DNA of 64,000 nucleotides, taken from contig JBFXKW010000002.1 of assembly GCA_050173345.1 (NCBI GenBank), positions 79,938 to 143,937 of the forward strand. The letters run 5' to 3'. This document shows positions 1 through 10,089 of the stretch, one piece after another. This DNA is from Alphaproteobacteria bacterium (GTDB lineage: Bacteria > Pseudomonadota > Alphaproteobacteria > UBA828). The notes beneath the pieces were generated by a model. That model was given only the letters and a program-made list of their open reading frames with translations, was not told where the DNA came from and searched no databases. The stretch's first letter is position 1. Every line of letters begins with the position of its first letter. The position numbers and the translations under genes were made by a program.

Positions 1-404
1 ACGAGGATGGGCGTGGTCAGGAGCGTGCGCACGATCGACATGCCGGGCAGGTCGCGCAGGCGGTGGACCCAGGCCGCCAGCACGAAGCCGAGCACGAACT
101 CGGCGCCGAGCGCCGTGAACGCGAAAACGAACATGCGCGCGAGCGCGGTATGAAACTTCTGCGACGTGAACAGGTAGTAGAAATTGTCCGTGCCCACGAA
201 GCGCGGCGGGGCGACCTGGAACAGGTTCTGCCGGTAGAGCGCGGTGTCGATCAGGAAGACGACGGGGCCGATGACCAGCGCGAGAAGCACGACGACGGCC
301 GGCGCCAGCATGAGGAGCGGTGCCAGCCGCTCGCCGCGATAGACGCGCGGGCGCTCGGCCGCGGCCCCGGTCGAGACGGCCGGCTCCGGCCCCGTCAGGC
401 TCAT
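1..404 (-). CDS. Sugar ABC transporter permease (MalF/UgpA-like), partial. The N-terminus is at 404 and the gene continues past the window start.
   Basis: Reverse-strand ATG at 404..402 opens a reading frame 'MSLTGPEPAVS...LAPLLMLAPAVVVLLALVIGPVVFLIDTALYRQNLF...' that is hydrophobic and typical of the first TM/N-terminal region of a carbohydrate ABC permease. It lies directly downstream of the binding-protein gene on the same strand. It is absent from the ORF track only because it is truncated. Confidence 0.65.
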   Translation of the reverse strand, partial: MSLTGPEPAVSTGAAAERPRVYRGERLAPLLMLAPAVVVLLALVIGPVVFLIDTALYRQNLFQVAPPRFVGTDNFYYLFTSQKFHTALARMFVFAFTALGAEFVLGFVLAAWVHRLRDLPGMSIVRTLLTTPIL

Positions 405-439
405 CGGCGGGCGGTGCGGCGTGCCGCGGTTTCAAGCGC

Positions 440-1837
440 TCAGGCGTAGCCCGAGCGCTGGAACAGCACCTCCACATCCTTCTTCATGTTGGCGCAGGCC
501 TGCTCGGGCTCGGCCTTGCCGGTCACCACGTCGCCGGCATGCTGGGTGATGATCTGGAAGAACTCCGGCCCTTCGGCGAACTGCGCGAGGTGATGGCCGT
601 TCGCGATGCCCTGCGCGATCGACTTGAACACCTGGTATTGCGGCTGCGCGCCCCACTCGTTGAGCAGCGTGGCGTTGGACGGCTGCCCGCCGGCCAGGAT
701 GAAGTTCTCCGCGTTCTCCTGCCGGGTGACGAACTTCGCGAAATCGACCATCAGCTCGATGTTCTTCGACGCCTTCGGGATGGCAAGTCCGAAGCCACCC
801 TTCATGCCGGTCTGCCCGACGTTCTGGTTCGAGCCGCCGATCGGGAAGTCGCGCGACACCAGCTTGTCGTGGAAGTTCGGGTTCTCCTTCGGGTTCTGCA
901 AAATCATGAAGCCCGACCACATGACCTGCTGGTGCGACACGTCGTTCTTGAACGCCTCGGCGTTCTCGAACTCCTGGGCGTTGAGCGAGGCCTCGTTCCA
1001 GACCTTGGAGAGATCGCGCAGCATGGTCATCGCCGCGAGGTTCTCGGGCGAATCGAGCAGCACCTTGCCCGGCGGATTCGCCTCGTTCAGGCGGCCGAAG
1101 GCATCCGGCTTGTCGTTCTCGTACCATTTGCCGCCGAAGCCCCACATCATGCCGGTATAGGTCATGCCGAGGAACCAGGCGTTGCGCGCGGCGCAGGTCA
1201 TGAAGCCGGAGCCGGGCTTCGCCGCGTTGAGCTTCTGCGCGTTGGCGAGGATGGTCTCGAAGGTCGCAGGCTCGGCGAGGCCCTGCGCCTCGAAGACGTC
1301 TTTGCGCCACCAGGTCATCATGCAGTTGGCGTCGTGCACGATGGAATAGGGCACGCCGTCCCAATCCCAGCTGCCGCGATAGAAATAGGGGACGCCGTTG
1401 AGGTAGTAGTCGCGCCACTCGGGATCCTGGTCGAAATACTCGGTGAGCGGCAGCAATTTCGGATAGGACTGGCCGATCAGCACCGGGTCGAACAGGTGGG
1501 CGTCGAAGTCGCTCGAATCCTCGATCAGGCTGGTGCCGATGCGCTGATAGTGCTCGGCATAGGGCGACACCAGGACCTCGATCTCGACGTCCTTGTTCTT
1601 CTCCATATAGGCCTTGGCGCTCGCCTTGAGCGCCAGCTCCCAGCGCGGCCCGGGCATGGTGGTCACCACCAGCTTCTTGCTCTGCGCGACCGCGCCGCGC
1701 CAGGTCACCGCGCTCGACGCCGCGGCGGCGGCAAGCCCGGCCGCCGCTCCCTTGATCACCGTCCGGCGCGATACGCCTCCCCTGCCCCTTGTCCCGCCGC
1801 CGACCGTGGACTTGGTATCCCCAGACCCGTTCATCAT
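440..1837 (-). CDS. ABC transporter substrate-binding protein (extracellular solute-binding family 1, sugar-type) with a twin-arginine signal
   Basis: 465-aa ORF. N-terminal 'SRRTVIKGAAAGLAAAAASSA' RR-signal. The mature domain resembles MalE/UgpB-type sugar-binding proteins. It is operon-adjacent to the permease at 1..404. Confidence 0.85.
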   Translation of the reverse strand: MMNGSGDTKSTVGGGTRGRGGVSRRTVIKGAAAGLAAAAASSAVTWRGAVAQSKKLVVTTMPGPRWELALKASAKAYMEKNKDVEIEVLVSPYAEHYQRIGTSLIEDSSDFDAHLFDPVLIGQSYPKLLPLTEYFDQDPEWRDYYLNGVPYFYRGSWDWDGVPYSIVHDANCMMTWWRKDVFEAQGLAEPATFETILANAQKLNAAKPGSGFMTCAARNAWFLGMTYTGMMWGFGGKWYENDKPDAFGRLNEANPPGKVLLDSPENLAAMTMLRDLSKVWNEASLNAQEFENAEAFKNDVSHQQVMWSGFMILQNPKENPNFHDKLVSRDFPIGGSNQNVGQTGMKGGFGLAIPKASKNIELMVDFAKFVTRQENAENFILAGGQPSNATLLNEWGAQPQYQVFKSIAQGIANGHHLAQFAEGPEFFQIITQHAGDVVTGKAEPEQACANMKKDVEVLFQRSGYA

Positions 1838-1961
1838 GGCCGCCTCCGTGTTGGGCTACGAAACGTAAACCGCGTTTTTGATTGCCGTGACGGTAGGGTT
1901 CGTTGCCGCCGAGAGTCAACGAGGACGGAGCCGTTCCGAGCGCGCCGTCCTGCGGTGGGCG

Positions 1962-2678
1962 TCAGGCGCCGAGATAGGTGCTCAGAATCTGCGGGTTGGT
2001 CTTGAGATCGTCGGCGCCGCCCTGCCACACGAACTCGCCATGGTCGAGCAGGTAGATATAGTCGGCGAAGTTCATGACGCGGCTGACATTCTCCTCGACG
2101 ATCAGGATCGTGCGGCCTTCCTCCTTGAGCGCGCGGATCACCTCATAGATCTGGTCGACGGCGATCGGCGCGAGGCCGAGCGAGGGCTCGTCGATCATCA
2201 GGAGCCTGCCGCCGCTCATCAGCCCGCGGCCGATCGCGAGCATGCGCCGCTCGCCGCCCGAGAGCGTGCTCGCTACCTGGCGTTTGCGCTCGTCGAGGCG
2301 GGGGAAAATCTGGAAGACCGTGCGCAGCCGCTCGCCGGCCTTGGCGTAGGCGGCGGGCAGGTAGGCGCCCATCATCAGATTGTCGGCGACGCTCATCTCC
2401 GGGAAGACCAGGTCGCCCTGCGGGATGTGCACCAGGCCGAGCTCGACGATCTTCTCAGGCCGCACGCCGCCGATCGGCCGCCCGCCGGCGCGGATGCTGC
2501 CGCCCATGACCGGGATCAGGCCGGAAATGCAGCGCAGGAGCGTGGTCTTGCCGTGCCCGTTCGGGCCGATGATGGCGATCGCCGCACCCTCCGCGACGCC
2601 GAACGAAACCTCGCGGACCACCGGCTGGCCGTGATAGCCGGCGGTCACGTTCTCGAGTTCCAGGAAGACGTCACTCAT
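1962..2678 (-). CDS. ABC transporter ATP-binding protein, LivF/UrtE-like branched-chain/amide family
   Basis: Walker A 'GPNGHGKTT', signature 'LSGGERRMLAIGR', Walker B 'LLMIDEPSLGL'. The true start is most likely the internal ATG at 2678 (MSDVFLELENV...). The upstream 55 codons of the track ORF are Arg/Ser-rich junk. Confidence 0.8.
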   Translation of the reverse strand: MSDVFLELENVTAGYHGQPVVREVSFGVAEGAAIAIIGPNGHGKTTLLRCISGLIPVMGGSIRAGGRPIGGVRPEKIVELGLVHIPQGDLVFPEMSVADNLMMGAYLPAAYAKAGERLRTVFQIFPRLDERKRQVASTLSGGERRMLAIGRGLMSGGRLLMIDEPSLGLAPIAVDQIYEVIRALKEEGRTILIVEENVSRVMNFADYIYLLDHGEFVWQGGADDLKTNPQILSTYLGA

Positions 2679-2766
2679 CAGAGGCTCACCATCATCGTAT
2701 CGGCTCATTATGACAGGGCTCTTACCGAAATCCATCGGCGCCACCGTGCACCGAACGCCGCCCGCA

Positions 2767-3654
2767 TCACTTGCCCTTGCGCGGGTTGCGCTTCTTGTAT
2801 TCGTCGCAAATCTGCTTGAGCGTGACGAAGCGCACGCCGTCATGCCGGCGCATATGGTCGATCAGCCGCTCGAGCATCATCAGCATCTGCGGATGCCCCG
2901 ATGCGTCCGGGTGGACGCACGCATTGTAGATGCCCCAGTCATAGTGGCGATAGAGCCAGTCGAACTGGTCCTGCCACATCTCGCCGAGATGGCGCGGGCT
3001 GACCCAGCCATGGCTGTTCGGGAACTTCTTGACGAACATCACGGGCGGCGCGTCGTCCAGATACCAGCTGCACGGGATCTCGACGAGGTCGGTCTCGGGC
3101 CCCGGCTTCCACGGCTTCATCCAGACCTCGGCCGGCTTCGAATAGTCGATCTTGGTCCAGCTATCGTCGCGGCGCAGATAGTAGGGCGTGTGGTCGTCGC
3201 CCATCAGGCTGTGGTCGTATTCGATGCCCTTCTCGATCAGCAGGTCGATGGTGTTCTTGCTGAGCTCCCACCAGGGCGCGGTGTAGCCCTTGGGGTCCTT
3301 GCCGCTGAGCTCTCTAGCGAGCGCGAAGGTCTTGTCGAGCACCGCCGCCTCCTGCTCCCTGGTCATCGCCAGCGGGTTCTCGTGCGAATAGCCGTGCAGA
3401 CCGATCTCGTGGCCCGCCTGCACCACCAGCTCGGCCTGCTTCGGGAAGCTCTCGATCGAATGGCCGGTGATGTCCCAGGTGCCCTTGATCCCGTACTTGT
3501 CGTAGAGGTCGAGCAGGCGCGGCACGCCGAGCATGGCGGCATGCACGCCGCGCGAGATATCGCACGGCGAATCCTCGCCGCCGAACGAGCCCAGCCAGAG
3601 CGACACCGCATCGAAATGGGTGTTGAAGCAAACCAGAATTTCCTTGTCCGCCAT
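2767..3654 (-). CDS. Polysaccharide deacetylase (NodB-homology/PuuE-like) family hydrolase
   Basis: The track ORF is trimmed to the ATG at 3654 (MADKEILVCFNTHFD...). Motifs of the divalent-metal deacetylase fold are present (HxxxH-like 'GHEIGLHGYSHE'). The upstream 45 codons lack coding character. Confidence 0.7.
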   Translation of the reverse strand: MADKEILVCFNTHFDAVSLWLGSFGGEDSPCDISRGVHAAMLGVPRLLDLYDKYGIKGTWDITGHSIESFPKQAELVVQAGHEIGLHGYSHENPLAMTREQEAAVLDKTFALARELSGKDPKGYTAPWWELSKNTIDLLIEKGIEYDHSLMGDDHTPYYLRRDDSWTKIDYSKPAEVWMKPWKPGPETDLVEIPCSWYLDDAPPVMFVKKFPNSHGWVSPRHLGEMWQDQFDWLYRHYDWGIYNACVHPDASGHPQMLMMLERLIDHMRRHDGVRFVTLKQICDEYKKRNPRKGK

Positions 3655-3815
3655 GCCTGTTCCCCCTGCGTGAACCGAGCCGCCGTCGCGGCGGCCAATA
3701 TCAGCACGGCCGGGCGCAAGAAGGTAGGCCGTGATTCGCCGCTCAAATCGCTTCGGTTCGGGCGGTTCACGCTCTACGATGCCGGCCAAACAATCCGATG
3801 CATGAGGGAGGCACC

Positions 3816-4289
3816 ATGAGCTCGAAGACGACGGCGACCAAGGAGAACGCGCTCTCGAAGCAGGAGATCGACGGGCGGCTGTCGAAGACCGCCCTCGCCC
3901 GGCTCGCGAGCTACCGCGCGGACGGCATGATCCACCTCACGCCGATCTGGTTCGACTGGAACGGCAAGGTGTTCCGCCTGACGCTCGGCGCCGGCCGCAT
4001 CCACCTGAAGAACCTCGCGCGCGATCCGCGCGTCTCGATCCTGATCGACCAGGACCCGCGCCTCGAAAAAGGCATCGGCGCAGGCGCCTGGGCGATCATG
4101 TGCCGCGGCACCGCCACGCTCTCCCAGGACGCCAAGCTGATCCGCGAGGTGACGCACGCGGTGCTGGTCAAGGCGCTCGGCTCGGCCGAGGCCGACCAGT
4201 ATACCGAGCCGGTGATGGCGGAAGGCCGCACCATCGTTACCATCACGCCGCAGGACTGGCTGACCTGGGACTACAACAAGGCCGACTGA
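3816..4289 (+). CDS. Pyridoxamine 5'-phosphate oxidase-like FMN-binding family protein
   Basis: Starts at MSSKTTATKE. 'MIHLTPIWFDWNGKVFRLT' split-barrel PNPOx-like pattern. It is followed by a GC-rich hairpin at ~4313-4340. Confidence 0.65.
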   Translation: MSSKTTATKENALSKQEIDGRLSKTALARLASYRADGMIHLTPIWFDWNGKVFRLTLGAGRIHLKNLARDPRVSILIDQDPRLEKGIGAGAWAIMCRGTATLSQDAKLIREVTHAVLVKALGSAEADQYTEPVMAEGRTIVTITPQDWLTWDYNKAD

Positions 4290-4519
4290 CGCATCGGCAT
4301 CTCGGGCACCACAGCCGTGCCGCGCCTCGGGCGGCACGGCGTCCCATGAGATCGTTGTGTCAACGGGCGCAGCAGAACGATCCGCGAAGAAAAGCGCAGC
4401 AGTCTCCGCACGGGCTACCGCATCGCCACGGAACTCACCGCCGTCCCTACCGTTGTCATGGCGGAAGGGGCGGTCGCGCCTTCGTCCTTGGACGATTCCA
4501 GCAAAGGAGTTCCGACAGC

Positions 4520-4906
4520 ATGCAACGCACATGGTCAGGCAATCTCGCCGCGCTATCCGCGGCGGCGGCGATCGCCCTCATGCCGCTGGCCATCCCGGCC
4601 GCCGCGCAGGAAGCCGCGCCGGCTGATCCGCCAGCGGCCATGCAGCCCGATGAGAACGACCTGCGCGCCTTCGCCAACGCCTCGATCGGCGTCGAGGCGC
4701 TGTACGACATATGGGAGCCGAGAATTGCGAGGGCCGGCGATGAGCGGGAGGCCGAGCAGATGCGCCAGCAGGCGGCCGCCGAAATGGAAGCGTTCGTCGA
4801 GGAGCAGGGCCTGACTCCCGAGGAATACAACAACATCTACAGGCTGGCGATGGCGGACCCTGATCTGGCGGTTCGGATCGAGACGCTGCGACGGCAGATA
4901 CAGTAG
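4520..4906 (+). CDS. DUF4168-like secreted protein
   Basis: ATG at 4520 is preceded by AAAGGAG. There is an N-terminal signal peptide (AAAAIALMPLAIPAAAQ). The acidic helical C-terminal domain (EAFVEEQGLTPEEYNNIYRLAMADPDLAVRIETLRRQIQ) is typical of DUF4168. Confidence 0.55.
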   Translation: MQRTWSGNLAALSAAAAIALMPLAIPAAAQEAAPADPPAAMQPDENDLRAFANASIGVEALYDIWEPRIARAGDEREAEQMRQQAAAEMEAFVEEQGLTPEEYNNIYRLAMADPDLAVRIETLRRQIQ

Positions 4907-4953
4907 CTCGCGGGACCCGACCGAAGCAGGCGGCAGCGCCTCTCCGGCCCAGC

Positions 4954-6036
4954 TCAGAGCCTGCGCCCGGTCTCGACGTCGAAGAGCTGGACGCGGTCGG
5001 GCCGCGGGATGAGCGTTGCCGGGCTGCCGACCGCGGGCAGCACGTGGCTGCGGCCCACGATGATGCAAAGCCGCTGCCCGCCCTGCCGGCCATAGACCTC
5101 GGTGTCGCGGCCGGTCATCTCCACGGTCTCGACCGTGACCGGGATGCCGCCCGGCACGCCGGAGCCTTCCGCGATCGCGAAATCCTCCGGCCGCACCCCG
5201 AGGATCACCGCGCGCCCATCGGATGCCGCGGGCGCGTTCGAGACGCCGACCGCCGTGCCGTCCTCCAGCACCACCGCGGGGCTGCCGTTCTCGATGCGCA
5301 AGCGTCCGGGCAGCAGGTTCATCGAGGGCGAGCCGATGAACTGGGCGACGAAGAGGTTCGCCGGCCTGTCGTAGAGCTCGGCCGGCGTGCCGACCTGCTC
5401 GATGCGCCCCTCGCACAAGACGACGATGCGGTCGGCCAGGGTCATGCCCTCGATCTGGTCATGCGTCACGTAGATCATGGTGGTGCGCAGGCGCTGGTGC
5501 AGCGCGCGGATTTCGGCGCGCATCTGGACGCGGAGCTGGGCGTCGAGGTTGGAGAGCGGCTCGTCGAACAGGAAGGCCTCCGGCTCGCGCACCATGGCGC
5601 GCCCCATCGCGACGCGCTGCTTCTGGCCGCCCGACAGCTTGGTCGGCCGGCGCGCCAGCAGGTCGCCGATCTGCAGGATTTCGGCCGCCGCGCCGATGCG
5701 CCGGTCGATCTCGTCCCTGGGCAGGCCGCGCAGCTTCAGCCCGAACGCCATGTTGCCGTAGACGCTCATGTGGGGATAGAGCGCGTAGTTCTGGAACACC
5801 ATGGCGATGTTGCGGTCGCGCTCGCGCACCTCGTTGACCACGCGATCGCCGATCCGGATCACGCCGCCGCTCAGCTCTTCGAGGCCGGCGATGAGGCGAA
5901 GCAGCGTCGACTTGCCGCAACCCGAAGGCCCGACCAGCACGACGAACTCCTCGTCCTCGATCGCGATGTCGATGCCGTGCAGCACCTCGATGCTGCCGAA
6001 CCGCTTGACCGCGCCCTCGACCGAGATCGACGCCAT
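4954..6036 (-). CDS. Sugar ABC transporter ATP-binding protein (MalK/UgpC family)
   Basis: Walker [11 protein letters not shown]-loop, [14 protein letters not shown], Walker [11 protein letters not shown]. There is a C-terminal TOBE-like regulatory domain. It is the last gene of the minus-strand transporter/dehydrogenase operon. Confidence 0.9.
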   Translation of the reverse strand: MASISVEGAVKRFGSIEVLHGIDIAIEDEEFVVLVGPSGCGKSTLLRLIAGLEELSGGVIRIGDRVVNEVRERDRNIAMVFQNYALYPHMSVYGNMAFGLKLRGLPRDEIDRRIGAAAEILQIGDLLARRPTKLSGGQKQRVAMGRAMVREPEAFLFDEPLSNLDAQLRVQMRAEIRALHQRLRTTMIYVTHDQIEGMTLADRIVVLCEGRIEQVGTPAELYDRPANLFVAQFIGSPSMNLLPGRLRIENGSPAVVLEDGTAVGVSNAPAASDGRAVILGVRPEDFAIAEGSGVPGGIPVTVETVEMTGRDTEVYGRQGGQRLCIIVGRSHVLPAVGSPATLIPRPDRVQLFDVETGRRL

Positions 6037-6045
6037 GGCGCTGCC

Positions 6046-7707
6046 TCAGGCCGCACCCGCGAGCGGCCGGTCGGCACGCCGCAGCGTTTCGAAGTTCTCG
6101 GCGAGATGGTGCGCGGCGCGATAGGCGAGCGCGCAGAGCGTGCTGGTCGGGTTCACCGCGCCGCCGGTCGCGAACACGCTGCCGTCGGTGATGAAGAGGT
6201 TGGGGCAGTCCCATGCCTGGTGCCAGCGGTTGACCACCGAGCTCGACGGGTCGTCCCCCATGCGCGCCGTGCCGAGCAGGTGCCAGGCCGGCGGCGCATA
6301 GCGCCCGGTGGCATCGCGGAACGGGTTGACCTTGATATCGAAGGCGCCGATGGCGCGGGCGAACCCGACGGCGCGGTCGATGCCGAACCGGGCGAGCCGC
6401 GAATCGTTGCGGCACATGCCGTAGCTGATGCGGGGCGCGGGTAGACCAGAAGAATCGGTCAGCGTCTCGGACAGCGTGACGCGGTTGTCCGGCCGCGGCA
6501 GGTCGTCGCCCACGATCAGGACGCACAGGCCATGGCCGAAATGGCGCGCCATCCATTCATGGTGCTCGGCGCCCCACGGCACCACATTGCCGGAATGCGA
6601 GCCGAGCGCCTGATAGCCCGCACCGTTCAGCCGGCAGAGATGCAGGGTGACGCCGTTGACGAAGCCGCGGCTCGTGTCGGTCTCTGCGAACTCCTCGCAG
6701 ATCAGCACAGCCGAGACGATGCCCTTGTGCGAATCGGTCGGCGCATCGACCCAGCACTCGACGATGCCGAGCGTATGGTGCATCAGGTTGCGCCCGACCT
6801 GGTCCGAGCTGTTGGCGAGCCCGCGCGGATGGCGCGTGCCTTCTGATAGCAGCAGCAGGCGGGACGTGCCGACGCCGTTCGCCGCGAGGATCACGGCCGC
6901 GCCTGGCTGGAAGTGGCGCACGCCGGTGTGGCGGTCGACATAGACGACGCCGGTGGCGCGGCCGTCCGCATCGGTCTCGACGCGCTCGGCGCGGGCCCCG
7001 GTCCGCAGTTCAGCACCGGCGACCAGCGCGCGCGGCCAATGGGTGACCGCCATGTCGGCGAGCGAACCGCGCGGGCAGCCGTTCTGGCAGTTGCCGCAAT
7101 TGTTGCAGGCGGACCGCCCGTCATACGGCTCGGCGACGATGGCGCACGGCATCGGCCACCAATGCCAGCCGAGCCTGTCGAAGCCGCGCGCGGCGATCGG
7201 GCCGAACGGCCCGGGCGCGTTCGGCACGGTCTGGAACGGCCCGCGCGGCGGCATCGCCGGATCGCCGCTCCAGCCCCCGACGCCGCAGGCGCAATCGGCC
7301 GTCTCGAAATAGGGCGAAAGGTCCTCGTAGCTGATCGGCCAGTCGGGCGCGAGGCCGTGCTCCATTCCTTTCCGGAAGTCGGACGGCCTGAGACGCGGCC
7401 AGGTCGCGGTGTAGATGCCGGTGCCGCCGCCGACGCCGTTCCACATCAGCGTGCTCTCGTCGGCGGATTCGACCGGATAGTCGTGCGCCTGCGCGCGTAC
7501 ATTGGGCGAAGTCGACCAGTCGGTCAGGCGGTGCCACTCCCAATCCGTGCGGTAATGCGGCCGGTCTTCCGGCGCGAACCATGGCCCCTGCTCGAGGCAG
7601 ACCACCTTGAGCCCGCGCTCGGCGAGCACCAGCGCGGGGATCGCGCCGCCCGACCCGGCGCCGACGATGACGACGTCGGCGCTGTCATGCCGCGCCGAGC
7701 CGCTCAT
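6046..7707 (-). CDS. GMC-family FAD-dependent oxidoreductase (gluconate-2-dehydrogenase / glycoside-3-dehydrogenase large-subunit-like)
   Basis: The 815-aa track ORF is trimmed to the ATG at 7707 (MSGSARHDSADVVIVGAGSGGAIPA...), which is the ADP-binding bab fold. GMC N- and C-terminal domains follow (..GTARMG..). The 260 codons upstream in the track ORF are Arg/Ala-rich non-coding. The start overlaps the small-subunit stop by 4 nt. Confidence 0.85.
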   Translation of the reverse strand: MSGSARHDSADVVIVGAGSGGAIPALVLAERGLKVVCLEQGPWFAPEDRPHYRTDWEWHRLTDWSTSPNVRAQAHDYPVESADESTLMWNGVGGGTGIYTATWPRLRPSDFRKGMEHGLAPDWPISYEDLSPYFETADCACGVGGWSGDPAMPPRGPFQTVPNAPGPFGPIAARGFDRLGWHWWPMPCAIVAEPYDGRSACNNCGNCQNGCPRGSLADMAVTHWPRALVAGAELRTGARAERVETDADGRATGVVYVDRHTGVRHFQPGAAVILAANGVGTSRLLLLSEGTRHPRGLANSSDQVGRNLMHHTLGIVECWVDAPTDSHKGIVSAVLICEEFAETDTSRGFVNGVTLHLCRLNGAGYQALGSHSGNVVPWGAEHHEWMARHFGHGLCVLIVGDDLPRPDNRVTLSETLTDSSGLPAPRISYGMCRNDSRLARFGIDRAVGFARAIGAFDIKVNPFRDATGRYAPPAWHLLGTARMGDDPSSSVVNRWHQAWDCPNLFITDGSVFATGGAVNPTSTLCALAYRAAHHLAENFETLRRADRPLAGAA

Positions 7708-8288
7708 CGGCGGTCCTTCCGCGTGCCTTGCGACAGCGGGCCGCGGCCGGATTCGACGCCGAGCCGCTCGTCGATGATCTCGGGCGCCAACGGGTCGGAC
7801 GGCAGGGCGTCGAGCGCGACGCGCCTCACCGCTTCGGTCGGCACGAAGCCGCCGCGGCCATGGCGCGGCGCCTGGAACGCGTCGCCCGGGTCGAACGGCG
7901 CGAGCGCATAGCCGTCCGGCAGCGGCGCGTGATTGTAGACGTGACCCAAGGACCGCAAGGACTGCACGACGAGCGGGCTCTCGTAATAGGCGAGATACGC
8001 GATCATGCGCACGCGCCCGAACAAGTCCACATCCTCCGCGGCGAGCCGCTCGACGACTGCGCGCCGCGCCTCCGGGGCGAGTGCCGCGAGCGGGCCGCCA
8101 TGAGCCGCGAGGCGGGCCGCCAGTCGGGATAGCGCCTCCGCGCCGGCGAGTGCGCGCAGCCGATCGGCGAACACGCCGTGCAGGCCGACCTCGCTCGCCG
8201 AGGGAAAGCGCTCGTCGCCCGGCAACAGCGTGTTGAGCAACGCGCGCAGCTCGGCGGCAAGCTCGCGTGGCGACGGCTCTTTCGTCAT
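7704..8288 (-). CDS. Gluconate 2-dehydrogenase subunit-3-like small partner protein of the GMC oxidoreductase
   Basis: 194-aa ORF translationally coupled (ATGA overlap) to the GMC gene. The size and position match the small 'subunit 3' proteins that accompany GMC dehydrogenases. No RR signal is visible. Confidence 0.55.
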   Translation of the reverse strand: MTKEPSPRELAAELRALLNTLLPGDERFPSASEVGLHGVFADRLRALAGAEALSRLAARLAAHGGPLAALAPEARRAVVERLAAEDVDLFGRVRMIAYLAYYESPLVVQSLRSLGHVYNHAPLPDGYALAPFDPGDAFQAPRHGRGGFVPTEAVRRVALDALPSDPLAPEIIDERLGVESGRGPLSQGTRKDRR

Positions 8289-9116
8289 CGCGACGCACCC
8301 CCTGCGGTGAGGCCGCGCACCAGCCAGCGCTGGAAGAACACGGCGAGAAAATAGATCGGCACGATGCCGGCGAGCGAGGCCACCGCCATCTGGCCGTAAC
8401 GGAGCTGCCGGTCGCCCTGATAGAGCGAGAGGCCGACCGGCAGGGTCTGCGTAGCTTCGCTGCGGGTGAGGAACGAGGCGAGCAGGAACTCATTATAGGA
8501 GAGGATCATGCAGATGATCCCGGTGCTCACGATGCCGGGCGCGATCAGCGGCACGACGATGCGCACGAGCGTGGTGAACTGGCCGGCGCCGTCGAGCCGC
8601 GCGGCCTCCTCGATCTCGCCCGGCAGGCGGCGCACGAAGCTCGAGAGCAGCCAGAACGCGACCGGCAGATTCATCACGCCGTAGACCAGCGCCATGCCGA
8701 ACTGCGTGTTGGCGAGACCGATATGGCGCAGCAGAAAGAAGAGCGGAAACAGCGCGACGATCGGCGGCGCCACATAGGTCGCGAGGATGAAGGAGGGCAG
8801 CAGCCCGCCGCCGAGCCTGTGGCGCACGATGGCATGGGTCGCCGGCACCGCGATCAGAAGGGTGATCGCCGCGCCGAGCAGCGCGCAGATCGCCGAGTTG
8901 CGGAGATACGTCGGCACCTTCACCGAGCGCCAGGCATCCGGGTAGTTCTGCCAGAACGCCTCGCTCGGCAGGAAGTTGCTGGTCGCGATGTCGGCCTGCG
9001 ACTTGAGCGAGACCATGACGAGGAAGACCAGCGGAAAGACGAAGAAGAGCAGCACCGCGCCGGTCGCGGCGGCGCGGCCGGCGCTCAGCGCGCCGCGGCT
9101 GGCGCGCGGACTCAAG
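8285..9116 (-). CDS. Carbohydrate ABC transporter permease (MalG/UgpE-like)
   Basis: EAA loop 'EAARLDGAGQFTTLVRIVVPLIAPGI'. The proposed start is the TTG at 9116..9114, preceded by GGAGG, which overlaps the stop of the upstream permease. The longer track ORF (to 9517) has a non-coding Arg-rich N-terminus. Confidence 0.7.
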
Positions 9117-10050
9117 CGAGCCTCCGCTCGGCCCGGCCATGGGCCAGGGTGAACGGCAAGGTGATCAGCCCGACCACGGCGGCGAACACCAGCGTCTGCG
9201 CGGCGGCGAGCCCGATGTCGAACTGCTGGATGGCGACGCGGTAGATGTAGAAGCTCGACACCGTGGTCGCCTGCCCCGGCCCGCCGCCGGTGAGCACGAA
9301 CACCAGGTCGAAGACCTTGAACGCGATGATCAGCTTGAGCAGCGCGATCGCGATGAGGGCCGGCGCCAGCATCGGCAGCGTGATGTGCCAGACCCGGCGC
9401 CAACCGCTCGCGCCGTCGAGGCGGGCCGCCTCGTAGATCTCGCCCGGCAAGGTCTGCAATGCCGCATAGACCATCAGCGCGACGAACGGCGTCCACTGCC
9501 AGACATCGGCCAGGCACACGAAGGGAAACGCGAAGCTCGGCGAGCCGAGGAACGACACCGGCTCGCCGATCACGCCGAGCCAGTTGAGGAAGCCGTTGAG
9601 CCAGCCGCCCTTCGGCATCAGCAGCAACTGCCAGATCACGCCGACGGTGACCGGCGGCGTCATCAGCGGCAGCAGGATGAGCGTGCGCATCAGCGCGCGG
9701 CCGCGCACCGCGCGGTCCATCAGCAGCGCAACGGCGAAGCCGAGCACCATCGAGACCGCGGTGGTCAGGAGGGCATAAGCCGCCGAGCGGCCGAGCGAGC
9801 CGGTGAAGCGCGGCTCGCCGAACGCCTCGCCAAAGTTCTCGAAGCCGACCCAGCCGCGGAACGGCGTGCCCAGGTTCGAATCCGAGAACGAGAGCAAAGC
9901 GAGATAGATGAACGGATAGACGGTGAACACGGTGAGCCCCGCGACCAGCGGGACCACCATGCCCCAGGCGGCGAACCGGCGGCCCGCCCGCGGACGATCG
10001 AGCGCAAAACGGGCGCGCAAGCCGTTCAGCGAGCCAGCCGCCGGCGTCAT
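9112..10050 (-). CDS. Carbohydrate ABC transporter permease (MalF/UgpA-like)
   Basis: 312 aa, six predicted TM segments. EAA motif 'EAARLDGASGWRRVWHITLPMLAPAL'. Confidence 0.85.
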   Translation of the reverse strand: MTPAAGSLNGLRARFALDRPRAGRRFAAWGMVVPLVAGLTVFTVYPFIYLALLSFSDSNLGTPFRGWVGFENFGEAFGEPRFTGSLGRSAAYALLTTAVSMVLGFAVALLMDRAVRGRALMRTLILLPLMTPPVTVGVIWQLLLMPKGGWLNGFLNWLGVIGEPVSFLGSPSFAFPFVCLADVWQWTPFVALMVYAALQTLPGEIYEAARLDGASGWRRVWHITLPMLAPALIAIALLKLIIAFKVFDLVFVLTGGGPGQATTVSSFYIYRVAIQQFDIGLAAAQTLVFAAVVGLITLPFTLAHGRAERRLA

Positions 10051-10089
10051 CTCAGCCGCTCCGAGACGACAGCGAACGCGACGCGACGC

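Noticed and set aside
320-2005. 561-aa plus-strand ORF antisense to the ABC binding-protein gene
   Set aside because: Arg/Ala/Gly-rich low-complexity translation typical of the reverse frame of a high-GC gene. The opposite strand carries a well-supported SBP with a TAT signal.
6046-8493. 815-aa version of the GMC oxidoreductase ORF
   Set aside because: The first ~260 codons are Arg/Ala-rich and overlap the small-subunit gene. The ADP-binding bab motif starts at the internal ATG 7707, so that start is used.
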